Below are positions 21,715 through 34,120 of a DNA stretch of 45,666 nt, in pieces (within the stretch, counting starts at the first letter, position 1; every line of letters starts with the position of its first letter). Source of the DNA: Octopus bimaculoides (Eukaryota). The notes beneath the pieces were generated by a model. It had not been told where the DNA came from. It did no database searches and was given only the letters and a program-made list of their open reading frames with translations. The position numbers and the translations under genes are program-made. The stretch covers positions 19,620,664-19,666,329 of the forward strand of contig NC_068996.1 in assembly GCF_001194135.2 (NCBI RefSeq). Reading direction: 5' to 3'.

Positions 21715-22665
21715 ACTTACTTATTTTTTATGGTGTGCTTTAGCTGCAATAACGAGCGCAGCTTTGTGTGCCTCGGTACTTGCTGTGGTTTGTTGTGCTG
21801 TTTTTATCTTCACTATACTGAAAGTGCTTCACGCGGTGTATAGGACTGTAATTTTCTGTATGTTATATACATTTGTAAGTCCCGGTATTTTGATTATGTA
21901 TTTGTCTGAAAGTTTGTTTTTTTATCATACTTAATGTACATATTATTATAAGGATTGTATCTGTTTTTAGATTCCACACACGGGTTGTCTCTATTTTTAG
22001 ATCATTGTATTTTGAGAGTTACTTCGGTTCTTTTAGAGATATATTATCATCATTTGGGATTGATACATAGAAGCTATTGTTTTTTATGATATCTGACTAC
22101 TATATTCGATTTATTAGCCTTGATCTCTCTATTTGAGTGTATTGGCATAGTCCTGAGAGTGGCTGCTTTGCCATTTTCTCGGACCCTCTTCTGGGATATG
22201 CGTATAACATTTTTTTCTGTTGTTATTCCATAGTGTTAGCATAACTTCCAGGGCATATAAGTCCCAATTCTATCATATCTGTGGATATATTCCTTCTTAG
22301 CCAGGACTGGGTAGCCAGAGACTATAAATTAATGTTTCTTCTCCATCACCACATATTCTACAGTTACTTGTATTTTTCTTCATTATGTGTATCTGGTGAT
22401 TACTGGTGGTAAGGCTTCGATCTTGTGTTGCAATTAAAAATCCTTCAGTCTTTGATTTCAGTCCTGAGCTTCTCAACCATTGCGGAGATTTTACTTTGTC
22501 TATTTCTTTTCTGTTGAGCTTATCCCAGTATTCCCACGAAAGGGCTTCTCTTGCTATCATTTTATCATGGTATGTTATTCCAGTTTTAGTTTGGATTTTA
22601 GTTATCTTACAGCTTTTATTGTTCGCCGTTTTTCTTCGGATTGTTAGATACTATGATTTATTTCT
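21715..22665 (-). mobile_element. R4/Dong element of a related subfamily, decayed
   Basis: WLRSSGLKSKTEGFLIATQDRSL...CRICGDGEET knuckle, REL remnants, and a 3' UTR similar to the neighbouring copies. Confidence 0.88.
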
Positions 22666-22686
22666 TGTATTATTAATATTATTATT

Positions 22687-22848
22687 GTTCAGTAGTTTTA
22701 TTTTTATAACGTGCTTTCACTTCACTACCGAGCACAGCTCTGTGTGCCTTGGGTATGTGCTGTGGTTTGCTATGATGCTTTTATGGTTACTGTATTGAAA
22801 GTGTTTTGCGTAGGATGTGTGCAGTGCCCAGTAGTGCAATTTTCTGTA

Positions 22849-22850
<2 letters not shown>
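22687..22850 (-). mobile_element. Very short R4/Dong 3' end (164 bp) in (TAA)n
   Basis: IQKIALLGTAHILRKTLSIQ* plus 3' UTR. Confidence 0.9.
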
Positions 22851-22918
<68 letters not shown>

Positions 22919-23026
22919 NNNNNNNNNNNNNNNNNNNNNNNNNNNNNNNNNNNNNNNNNNNNNNNNNNNNNNNNNNNNNNNNNNNNNNNNNNNNNNNNNN
23001 NNNNNNGTATTATTAATATTATTATT

Positions 23027-23190
23027 GTTCAGTAGTTTTATTTTTATAACGTGCTTTCACTTCACTACCGAGCACAGCTCTGTGTGCCTTGGGTATGTGC
23101 TGTGGTTTGCTATGATGCTTTTATGGTTACTGTATTGAAAGTGTTTTGCGTAGGATGTGTGCAGTGCCCAGTAGTGCAATTTTATGTATA
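23027..23190 (-). mobile_element. Near-identical second copy of the 22687-22850 fragment; possible assembly duplication across the gap
   Basis: Same sequence apart from about one substitution, separated by an N-gap. Confidence 0.6.
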
Positions 23191-23229
23191 TTATTATTAT
23201 TATTATTGTTGTTGTTGTTGTTGTTGTTG

Positions 23230-23263
<34 letters not shown>

Positions 23264-23591
23264 CGTTTTTGTTGCTGTTGTAGTTGTTGTTGATGCTGTT
23301 GCTGTTATTATTATTATTGTTGTTGTTGTTGTTGTTGTTGTTATTAGACAAATTAATACTTTGAATGGTATTTCAACAGCTTGCCTGTCCTTGTCGAGTT
23401 CAAAATGAAGAAATTCAAAATTTTAGAAATTCAAATTCAAAAGTTTCATCGAGGAGATCCTGCGTTCCCACTTTGATGGAATGACATCAATCAGTCTTCA
23501 GTTTTCAATTTTACAACTGGCTAAAAAGAAAGAATGGAAACAAGAGACAAAAGTAAAAGAAAAAGGAAAAGAAGAATTGTATAAATATGAT

Positions 23592-23872
23592 GAAATTATT
23601 ATTAACGTTTCTTTTTATTACAAGTTTTGTTGGAGCTCCAGCATTGCGGGCTTGCTACCTATACCCTATGATACTATCCTATTCGTTCTTTTCAACTATC
23701 TAATACTTTCCTGATTATTCTGGCCGTGCCAAGGAGGCAAACCTTTTGCAACATTTCTACTGGGTACTCTATTCCGATTTCCTTTATAATCCTCTTGATA
23801 CCTTCTGTTACTGTTCTCAAAGACCCAACAATAATTGGCACTATCTTCATTTTCCATAGTCGGACTATCATC
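23592..23872 (-). mobile_element. 3' end of another R4/Dong-type family
   Basis: RLWKMKIVPIIVGSLRTV...LQKVCLLGTARIIRKVLDS*. The 3' UTR ends in aataataat, and the 5' side abuts (ATG)n. Confidence 0.85.
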
Positions 23873-23888
23873 ATCATCATCATCATCT

Positions 23889-23938
<50 letters not shown>

Positions 23939-24223
23939 TATTATTATTTTTATTATTATCATTATCATCATCATCATTATCATTTATCTATGTTTTCGCC
24001 TTCTTCTTGACTATTTGTGGGTCAAAGGGGCATGCAACATCAGCTATATAGCTTATGCGGTGCACCTTGTCCACCATAAATACTAGATTTGTTATCCTCT
24101 AGCACCTGATCTGATTGGATTAGAGAAACTCAAAGGATTTTGCTAGTCTCCGACACCGCCACTATCTGCAGTTGTGCTCATGCCACGTCTTGCTTCTCAC
24201 TAGACCCCACTTTCGCACAGTTT

Positions 24224-24890
24224 CTAATGTAGCACTTTCCTTACCTGGTCGTGTCGCCACACCTTGTAGTGGTTTTGGGCAAGTCTAGGGCGTTCGTTCG
24301 GGATATGGGTAATGGTTTCATCCACTATATTGCAGATGAGGCACAGTGGAGACACTTGCTCATTCCTAAGTTTGACCCTCCAGTTCTTGGCCAACGCTTG
24401 GTCTTGTGCTGCCAATATAGTGCTTTCGGTCTACCCCTTTTAGTGTTCCTTTCTTCAGCCAATTCCACCTATGTTTTCCAGCAACTTCTGTTGTGGCTAC
24501 ATGGAATTGACTGTGTAGTCCCTGCTTGCATAATTCTTCTTTATGTCCTTTTTGCACTTCTTCCTTTATTTTCCTTTTTTTTCTCTGCTTTCAATACTCC
24601 CTCTTTCTTAACTGTCACTAGCAAGGTTTTCTTATTTTGGGCCAGGTATCGAACTCTCGAGTTCGATACGCACACTTATCACTCCCCTTTCTCCATATGC
24701 TCTCTTCATGTATAGGCGATCAGTGTCTGTACGTGGATGATGGGCTCTATGCATCGTTAAGAGCTTTCTTGACTTCCTGTCCATCTCCTTTAGCGCCTCC
24801 TCTGTCCACTTCAGGATTCCAGCGCCATACCGAACTACTGCGACTGCGCGCGAGTTTACGCGAGTATTCGCGAGTGAACATCACCACCAC
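24224..24890 (-). mobile_element. R4/Dong-type remnant (post-RT region to CCHC knuckle)
   Basis: VVRYGAGILKWTEEALKEMDRKSRKLLTMHRAHHPRTDTDRLYMKR, WLKKGTLK, AAQDQAL, CLICNIVDETITHI, RHDQV. Confidence 0.88.
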
Positions 24891-25159
24891 CACCACCACT
24901 ACTNNNNNNNNNNNNNNNNNNNNNNNNNNNNNNNNNNNNNNNNNNNNNNNNNNNNNNNNNNNNNNNNNNNNNNNNNNACCATCATGATCATCATCATCAT
25001 CATCGTCGTCGTCGTCGTTATTGCTAGTACAAGTTTAATTTAAGTTTTCCTTGAGGCCGTTCAAGCCGGTCGCTAACTAAGCGACAAGACAACATCACTT
25101 GAGTTGAGTTGGGGTGTTGGTTGAACTGTCGGTTAATACACCCAAGTGTGTGCATCTAT

Positions 25160-25380
25160 TCACATACAAATCTCAGATGGAGAATGTCTTAGCAAACCTT
25201 CCGCGGAAGTTTCTTTTGCTCTTTTTCTTTCTGTGAAACCGAGTATTTCTTGTTTTTGTGCAAATTTACTGGTATATAACCTAATGCACCTACGATGATA
25301 GGTACGAAGAAGAATTCATATTCAAGATATAAGGGTTATAAGATTCGCATTAATTTGCCATAAATGTCTTTTTCCTGAAC
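25160..25380 (-). mobile_element. R4-like REL C-terminal fragment, same type as 42230-42740
   Basis: KDIYGKLMRIL*PLYLEYEFFFVPIIVGALGYIP. Confidence 0.7.
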
Positions 25381-26283
25381 TCTACAATGGCGCATGACTT
25401 CTGCTTTCTGTCCCACAGGTCTGTTACTTTTGCACCGAATTGATGCTTTAATTGAAGTGTATGTATGTATATACGTACGTTCGTGCGTACGTACGTACGT
25501 ACGTACGTATGTACGTATGTATGTATGTATGTATGTATGTATGTATGTGTGTGTATGTACGCGTGTGTGCGCGCGCGTAAGCGTGTGAATTTCGTTGCAT
25601 CTGTTTCACAGAACGGGTGTTGATTTAATAATTAATGTGAATTGTTAATGTTTGAAATACAGTATGTACATTCATGTAGTTTGTTAACCAATGAACCTGG
25701 ATGCATACATTAATGATAAGTCATATCATGAATATATATACATCAAGAATAGATGTGGATCAATACCCTTGATTTAGGAAACACGCTCAGTATATAAAAG
25801 AAAAAGAACTGCAAAAATGAAAACCTGTACTCGGTTTTGTAACGTGACCACCCCCATATCCACTGTTAGAAATAACAGTTAAATCTTCCTCACCTGATGG
25901 TGTTTTTCTTTTAATGAAAGAGCACATTGGGTAACATGGTTTCTAATTAGCTGAGGATGGAAAATGACCAATTAGTCATAGTCATGGCTGAAATGTCTTT
26001 GCTCAAATACATGGACGATTTGGAGTCTGCTTGAAGTTAAATAACAACTGTTACATTAATGTCATTAGTCTATAGAAGTGAAGTGCGACCATTTACGTGG
26101 TCACTTGAATGTGTTAGAAATTTTAGCCAAATATTACTCAACTACTTCCTAAAATATTGAAAATGTATGATGGATCATGGTATGAGCGGTGATGACCGAA
26201 AAACCATTTCCAACAAGAAGACGCCGTCACAGTTGATCGTAGGGAGGTTCGGTCAATATTCTTCTTCTTCTTCTTCTTCTTCT

Positions 26284-26315
<32 letters not shown>

Positions 26316-27189
26316 CTCCTCCTTCTCCTCTTCCCCTCTTCCTCCCCTTCCTTCTTATCTCTCCCTCCTTCTTCTCCTCTTCCTCTCTACCTCCTCTTCC
26401 TCCTCTCTCTCTCCTCTCCTTCTCTCTCCCCCACTTTCTGTATGTGTGTGTGACGTGTATGTGCATGAAGCAGTTTATGTAAATGTGCATACACCTGTGT
26501 GATGTCCATAAGAATGTGGGTTGCCTGCGGGAATGTACTATGCGTGGACGAGTCATTTTGTTCGTGCTTGATTGCTCATGTGCACATGCTTACAAGTCTA
26601 TGTGTACAAGTCGTGACGCACGGGCGCACACACAAATAAGCACGCATATATGCATATACACACAAGCATATATATACTATTAGATATACATATGTATATA
26701 TATATATATATATATATATNNNNNNNNNNNNNNNNNNNNNNNNNNNNNNNNNNNNNNNNNNNNNNNNNNNNNNNNNNNNNNNNNNNNNNNNNNNNNNNNN
26801 NNNNNNNNNNNNNNNNNNNNNNNNNNNNNNNNNNNNNNNNNNNNNNNNNNNNNNNNNNNNNNNNNNNNNNNNNNNNNNNNNNNNNNNNNNNNNNNNNNNN
26901 NNNNNNNNNNNNNNNNNNNNNNNNNNNNNNNNNNNNNNNNNNNNNNNNNNNNNNTAGTTTTTTTTTTTTTTTTAAACGGAGAAAAGAAGGATAACAAGAA
27001 AAAATAATAGCGTGAGGACGTGGTACACGCATGGTATTAATAAGAGACACACGAAATATCAGCGTTTAGCCTTTTGCCGAACGACCTGCACAATGATTTG
27101 TTTATAGTGCTCAAATGTTCGGGCCGCACGTTAGCTTACTCTCACCATAAAATTTATGTTGCTGAATAGATGCACTGTGAACCGCGCGT

Positions 27190-27323
27190 CAGGTGGAAGT
27201 GATCGCAGAGCAAAGTGAGATGAAGAGTTTTGCTCAAGAACATAACGCACCAACCAGTCAAGGGATTAAAATCACGATCACCAAATCGTGAGGGCAACAT
27301 CCTAACACCTAAGCCATGCGCCC
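27190..27323 (-). mobile_element. tRNA-derived SINE 5' part (third type)
   Basis: ggcgcatggcttaggtgttagg (A-box-like) ...gtgattttaatccc (eroded B-box) ...gttcttgagcaaaactcttcatctcac. Confidence 0.7.
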
Positions 27324-27539
27324 TGCAAGATATATATATTTCTTGTATGTATATATATATACATATATATAAATATACATATATATATATATATGTGAGT
27401 GTGTGTGTGTGTGTGTGTGTGTATACATATATATACATACATATGCATACATATATATGCATACATACACATACATGCATATATGTACGTACATATACAT
27501 GCATATATATACATACATATACATACATATATATGTATA

Positions 27540-28568
27540 CATGACAAGGTATAAATAATGGTTAGTACATTTTTTTTGTTATAAATTTGACTTACATCTG
27601 TTTCCAGTAATTACAATAGGTTCGTTATAGATAGCCTTACTTAATCGATTGAGAAAAATTGAATGACCTAGTTTCGTAAGAATCATTGGTTCCTTTATCC
27701 ATTTTTGGATACAGAAAGGCAATTTTAGCAACTTTTCAGAAGTGTGTCACATCATTACAGCTTCTCCAACATAAACTACTAAGAATATCTAATGGGCTTT
27801 GTTTGACCATTATTCTGTATTTCCGTTAGTTACTGGTTCCATTTTATATTTAAATACCAAAGTATTTTATCCAATTCACTGACAATGTGTATGCCTATCT
27901 CTTTAATTTTATAGTTTTCTTATCGTTCCCCTATAGTGATTATTCTCAATTTATTNNNNNNNNNNNNNNNNNNNNNNNNNNNNNNNNNNNNNNNNNNNNN
28001 NNNNNNNNNNNNNNNNNNNNNNNNNNNNNNNNNNNNNNNNNNNNNNNNNNNNNNNNNNNNNNNNNNNNNNNNNNNNNNNNNNNNNNNNNNNNNNNNNNNN
28101 NNNNNNNNNNNNNNNNNNNNNNNNNNNNNNNNNNNNNNNNNNNNNNNNNNNNNNNNNNNNNNNNNNNNNNNNNNNNNNNNNNNNNNNNNNNNNNNNNNNN
28201 NNNNNNNNNNNNNNNNNNNNNNNNNNNNNNNNNNNNNNNNNNNNNNNNNNNNNNNNNNNNNNNNNNNNNNNNNNNNNNNNNNNNNNNNNNNNNNNNNNNN
28301 NNNNNNNNNNNNNNNNNNNNNNNNNNNNNNNNNNNNNNNNNNNNNNNNNNNNNNNNNNNNNNNNNNNNNNNNNNNNNNNNNNNNNNNNNNNNNNNNNNNN
28401 NNNNNNNNNNNNNNNNNNNNNNNNNNNNNNNNNNNNNNNNNNNNNNNNNNNNNNNNNNNNNNNNNNNNNNNNNNNNNNNNNNNNNNNNNNNNNNNNNNNN
28501 NNNNNNNNNNNNNNNNNNNNNNNNNNNNNNNNNNNNNNNNNNNNNNNNNNNNNNNNNNNNNNNNNNNN

Positions 28569-28600
<32 letters not shown>

Positions 28601-29187
28601 CACAACCTTATACTTGTATTTATGCATATATGTACGTGCATGTGTGTGTATGGGCGTGTGGAATGCCAAAGTGTAACATGCTGATATAAACATCATTAGT
28701 TTCACGGAAGAAAACACATTTAATGAGCTAGGCTACATAGTTCATGTTGAACAGACACAATGTCATCACGACCTTGTGTATGACGTGTGCTGTCATGTCA
28801 TATGCATTTGTGTGTACTGGCATTTCTACTGCACATACATATATACATACACAAAGACAGACATAAACATATAAAAGTTTACATACGTATACACACATAT
28901 ATATACGTACATATATTTGTCTATCTATCATCTAGCTATCTATTTATGTATCTATCACTCACTCTCTCTCTCTCCCCTCTCTCTTTCACTCTCTCTCCAT
29001 CTTTATATATGTATGCGTGCGTGTGTGTGTGTGTGTGTATGCTAAAAATCTGGTTGTGTCGTAACAGCCTGTTCCGGGTTCAGTACCACTATGCGTCACC
29101 TTGGACAAGTGTCTTCTAATATAGCCTCGGGCCGGACAAATCCGAGTGAGTGGATTCGGCAGAAGGAAACGGTAAGAAGCTTGTCGT

Positions 29188-29220
<33 letters not shown>

Positions 29221-29925
29221 TANNNNNNNNNNNNNNNNNNNNNNNNNNNNNNNNNNNNNNNNNNNNNNNNNNNNNNNNNNNNNNNNNNNNNNNNNNNNNN
29301 NNNNNNNNNNNNNNNNNNNNNNNNNNNNNNNNNNNNNNNNNNNNNNNNNNNNNNNNNNNNNNNNNNNNNNNNNNNNNNNNNNNNNNNNNNNNNNNNNNNN
29401 NNNNNNNNNNNNNNNNNNNNNNNNNNNNNNNNNNNNNNNNNNNNNNNNNNNNNNNNNNNNNNNNNNNNNNNNNNNNNNNNNNNNNNNNNNNNNNNNNNNN
29501 NNNNNNNNNNNNNNNNNNNNNNNNNNNNNNNNNNNNNNNNNNNNNNNNNNNNNNNNNNNNNNNNNNNNNNNNNNNNNNNNNNNNNNNNNNNNNNNNNNNN
29601 NNNNNNNNNNNNNNNNNNNNNNNNNNNNNNNNNNNNNNNNNNNNNNNNNNNNNNNNNNNNNNNNNNNNNNNNNNNNNNNNNNNNNNNNNNNNNNNNNNNN
29701 NNNNNNNNNNNNNNNNNNNNNNNNNNNNNNNNNNNNNNNNNNNNNNNNNNNNNNNNNNNNNNNNNNNNNNNNNNNNNNNNNNNNNNNNNNNNNNNNNNNN
29801 NNNNNNNNNNNNNNNNNNNNNNNNNNNNNNNNNNNNNNNNNNNNNNNNNNNNNNNNNNNNNNNNNNNNNNNNNNNNNNNNNNNNNNNNNNNNNNNNNNNN
29901 NNNNNNNNNNNNNNNNNNNNNNNNN

Positions 29926-29966
<41 letters not shown>

Positions 29967-30434
29967 AACAGAACGAGAGAAAGAGAAGTAAAAGAGTGGA
30001 GAAAGAATGTAGAGCCTCCATAGTTGCTTCGTGGCATTGTTGCCGTTGCTGAGATGACAGAATTGTCAGTGAATTGGATAAAATGCTTTGGAACATTACT
30101 TCCAGGTATTTAAATATAAAATGGCACCAGTAACTAACGGAAACACAGAATAATGGTCAAACAAAACTCATTAGATATTCTTAGTAGTTTATGTTGGAGA
30201 AGCAGTGATGATGTGACACACTTCCGAAAAGTTGCCAAAATTGCCCTTCTGTATCCAACAATGGATAAAGGAACCAATGATTCTTACGAAACTAGGTCAT
30301 TCAATTTTTCTCAACCAATCAATGGGCCGATTAAGTAAAGCTATCTATAACGAACCTATTGTAATTACTGGAAACAGATGTAAGTCAAATTTATAACAAA
30401 AAAATTTACTAACCATTATTTATACCTTATCATG
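27540..30434. mobile_element. Long inverted repeats (27540-27886 / 30062-30434) bracketing ~2.2 kb; candidate non-autonomous long-TIR or foldback transposon
   Basis: catgacaaggtataaataatggttag...ccaattcactgacaat matches the reverse complement of attgtcagtgaattgg...ctaaccattatttataccttatcatg. Two indels of roughly 13 bp and scattered substitutions. Confidence 0.75.
29050..29188 (+). mobile_element. tRNA-derived SINE 5' half
   Basis: gttccgggttcagtaccact...accttggacaagtgtcttcta.tatagcctcgggcc matches 34871-35035. Confidence 0.85.
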
Positions 30435-30508
30435 AATACATGTATATGTATGTATATGTATGTATATATATGTATGTGTATGTATATATATATGTATGTA
30501 TATGTACG

Positions 30509-30559
<51 letters not shown>

Positions 30560-31251
30560 NNNNNNNNNNNNNNNNNNNNNNNNNNNNNNNNNNNNNNNNN
30601 NNNNNNNNNNNNNNNNNNNNNNNNNNNNNNNNNNNNNNNNNNNNNNNNNNNNNNNNNNNNNNNNNNNNNNNNNNNNNNNNNNNNNNNNNNNNNNNNNNNN
30701 NNNNNNNNNNNNNNNNNNNNNNNNNNNNNNNNNNNNNTTTATATAAAACGAGAGAGAGAGAGAAGGTTAGAGATGGTGCTAGTATGGGCATGACTAGAGA
30801 TAATACCATTATGTAACTTATCTGCTTTGACCATATGTTCACATATACCTTTCGGAATTTGTGTGAAGTAAATATGTCGAGTTATTTGAGCTATTAGGAT
30901 TGTCGGTGTTTTGTTATTATAATATAGACAAGAAGAATACACAAGACAAAGTGGTGTGTTCTGTTATCAGTATATCTGACTTTAGATGCAAATAAAAGGT
31001 GTACTGTCGGCGTCTGTAATGGTTCCAGCAATGTGATACGTATTAATATCCATATTTGATTAACAAGATATCGACGACTGTGAATTAGATGTGAAACAAA
31101 CAACAACAAAAGCAATTATATCAATTATACATATATGTCTACATGTATGTATGTATGTATGTATGTATGTATGTATGTATGTATGTATGTATGTGTGCGT
31201 ATGTATGTATAACTATCTATATCTATTTATATATATGTATGGATGGAGGTA

Positions 31252-31311
<60 letters not shown>

Positions 31312-31315
31312 TGTA

Positions 31316-31420
31316 GGCGCAGGTGTGCCTGTGTGGTATGAAGTTTGCATCGTAGCCACGTTGTTCCGGGTTCAGTCCGACTGTATGAAATCTTGGGCGG
31401 GTAATTTCTACTATAGTCTC
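31316..31420 (+). mobile_element. tRNA-derived SINE 5' part, interrupted by a local foldback
   Basis: ggcgcaggtgtgcctgtgtggta...gttccgggttcagtcc. Confidence 0.8.
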
Positions 31421-31457
31421 GTGTCCCCCAAACCCTTGGTGGACACAAAGGTTTGAT

Positions 31458-31510
31458 GGACACGAGATTTCGGATGATTTCGGATTGAATTAATCCTCAT
31501 CACTGACACT
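31458..31510 (-). ncRNA. Degenerate hammerhead-like motif
   Basis: Minus strand: GTGATGA-GGATT-aattc-AATCC-GAAA-[10-bp tandem duplication]-TCTCGTG-TC. Perfect 5-bp helix II with a G-C closing pair. C3 is G and helix I cannot be recovered. Confidence 0.4.
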
Positions 31511-31593
31511 TACTCTGCTGCCTAGAGTTAAACTGAACTCGCCCTGTCAGTTTATAGAGAATATCATAGGAATCTGTGGCTGTTTCAGTAAAG

Positions 31594-31911
31594 TGCTTTA
31601 CCTCTGGCTAAAAGTTGTTTTGACTCTTATTTCTGCAATGCCGTTGCTCACTAGATCCCTTAGTCACTTTAATGACGAGTGTACTTGTGTCTTTCAATTT
31701 TGAAATTGCAACTGGCCACCTTAATAATTCCCATTTTACTGTAGAGATGTTGTCTCCCTTATCCTGTCAAGAACTGCTTTGCCTTTGGCTAACAGTTGTT
31801 TTGACTCTTATTTCTAACAATGGTGGTGCATAGTTTCACCCTAAATCGCTTTAGTGACGATTGCACTTGTGCCTTTTGGTTTTTAAATTGCAACTAGCCA
31901 CCATAATAATT
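31594..31911. repeat. Two diverged tandem units with ~181 bp period
   Basis: tgcttt.cct.tggcta.aagttgttttgactcttatttct...aaattgcaact.gccacc.taataatt starts at 31594 and at 31775. Confidence 0.85.
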
Positions 31912-31934
31912 TATACACACACACGCACGCGCGC

Positions 31935-31984
<50 letters not shown>

Positions 31985-32894
31985 GAGAATATACAAATAA
32001 TAACAACAGACGAAGACAGGTGGTGTAAATAACAAAAGGATATATTAGTATGACGCTCGNNNNNNNNNNNNNNNNNNNNNNNNNNNNNNNNNNNNNNNNN
32101 NNNNNNNNNNNNNNNNNNNNNNNNNNNNNNNNNNNNNNNNNNNNNNNNNNNNNNNNNNNNNNNNNNNNNNNNNNNNNNNNNNNNNNNNNNNNNNNNNNNN
32201 NNNNNNNNNNNNNNNNNNNNNNNNNNNNNNNNNNNNNNNNNNNNNNNNNNNNNNNNNNNNNNNNNNNNNNNNNNNNNNNNNNNNNNNNNNNNNNNNNNNN
32301 NNATATATATATATATATATATATATATATCTATATATATATATATATATATATATGGATGTGTGTGTGTATATATTCACACACATATATGATAGTAACT
32401 GACAGAACGGATATAGAAAAAAGAAAGAGAGAAAGAGAGGGGAGTGAATGTGGTTTTGTATGCTATTGAGTGTTAGTTCCGTTAATGTCAATAAATACGC
32501 TATGTATATATGTGTATATGTGTATATGTGCATATGTGTATATGTGTATATGTGTATATGTGTATATGAGTGCGTGTCTGAGAAATGGAATAGTTGTATG
32601 GGTATGCGTATGTGTATTTATATATGCATATGAGTGGGAGAGCGGACGTGTTTGATTACCATCACGTGTACACAGTAGAGGATCTAATATCTATATAATC
32701 TGTGCATGTGTAAATATGTACAGAAATTTTGTATTTGTAACGGAGTGTGAAAGTATGTTTTTTATTGATTGATATCTTTACTAAAAGATCAAAATGGGAA
32801 AATAGTGAAAGACGAAAATATGTTGAACATATAAAGATGTTTACTGGTATTGTTGTTTGCAAATAGTATATGTATTTGTTTTAAATGTGGTTTT

Positions 32895-32936
<42 letters not shown>

Positions 32937-32937
<1 letters not shown>

Positions 32938-33836
32938 CATTTCTTTTATTAGCCACATAGGGCTCAACGAAGATGGGACAAATACAATGTAGAGCTTTTC
33001 TTTTTGGGAGGGGGAAGGAAGGAAAAANNNNNNNNNNNNNNNNNNNNNNNNNNNNNNNNNNNNNNNNNNNNNNNNNNNNNNNNNNNNNNNNNNNNNNNNN
33101 NNNNNNNNNNNNNNNNNNNNNNNNNNNNNNNNNNNNNNNNNNNNNNNNNNNNNNNNNNNNNNNNNNNNNNNNNNNNNNNNNNNNNNNNNNNNNNNNNNNN
33201 NNNNNNNNNNNNNNNNNNNNNNNNNNNNNNNNNNNNNNNNNNNNNNNNNNNNNNNNNNNNNNNNNNNNNNNNNNNNNNNNNNNNNNNNNNNNNNNNNNNN
33301 NNNNNNNNNNNNNNNNNNNNNNNNNNNNNNNNNNNNNNNNNNNNNNNNNNNNNNNNNNNNNNNNNNNNNNNNNNNNNNNNNNNNNNNNNNNNNNNNNNNN
33401 NNNNNNNNNNNNNNNNNNNNNNNNNNNNNNNNNNNNNNNNNNNNNNNNNNNNNNNNNNNNNNNNNNNNNNNNNNNNNNNNNNNNNNNNNNNNNNNNNNNN
33501 NNNNNNNNNNNNNNNNNNNNNNNNNNNNNNNNNNNNNNNNNNNNNNNNNNNNNNNNNNNNNNNNNNNNNNNNNNNNNNNNNNNNNNNNNNNNNNNNNNNN
33601 NNNNNNNNNNNNNNNNNCGATAGACTCGGCTGATAGACCGACTCGTCCCACACGCGATAGCAGTTGTTCGACGTAAGCCCACAGCTCGGAAATGGTGGGA
33701 CACTGTACGAGTGCGTGCAGAACGGTTTCGTCGCTCTGCCGGCATCTCGGACAGGTCGGCCCCGTGTTTCTCGAGCCATGCCTGTAGAGCTTATCCCGAA
33801 CGGGTAGTGCTTCTCGATAGCACTGCCAGGCCAGGG
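32937..33836 (-). mobile_element. 5'-truncated L1/Tx1 retrotransposon within a (GATA)n tract
   Basis: [20 protein letters not shown]...CPRCRQSDETVLHALVQC (CCHC zinc finger). The 3' UTR has AATAAA. (ATCT)n lies directly on both sides. Confidence 0.88.
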
Positions 33837-33886
<50 letters not shown>

Positions 33887-33957
33887 CAGAGGAGAGAGAG
33901 AGAGGCAGGCAGGCAGGTAGGGAGGTAGGGAGGTAAGTAGAGAGGTAGGAATGTAAG

Positions 33958-34005
<48 letters not shown>

Positions 34006-34062
34006 CAGAGGAGAGAGAGAGGCAGGCAGGCAGGCAGGCAGGTAGGGAGGTAGGAATGTAAG

Positions 34063-34120
<58 letters not shown>

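Noticed and set aside
22668-23190. Apparent tandem duplication of a Dong 3' end
   Set aside because: Near-identical sequence on both sides of an N-gap. More likely an uncollapsed contig overlap or allelic duplication than a biological tandem.
31594-31911. CRISPR-like or protein-repeat interpretation of tandem units
   Set aside because: Eukaryotic context, no short constant repeats with unique spacers, the period is not a multiple of three, and the frames contain stops.
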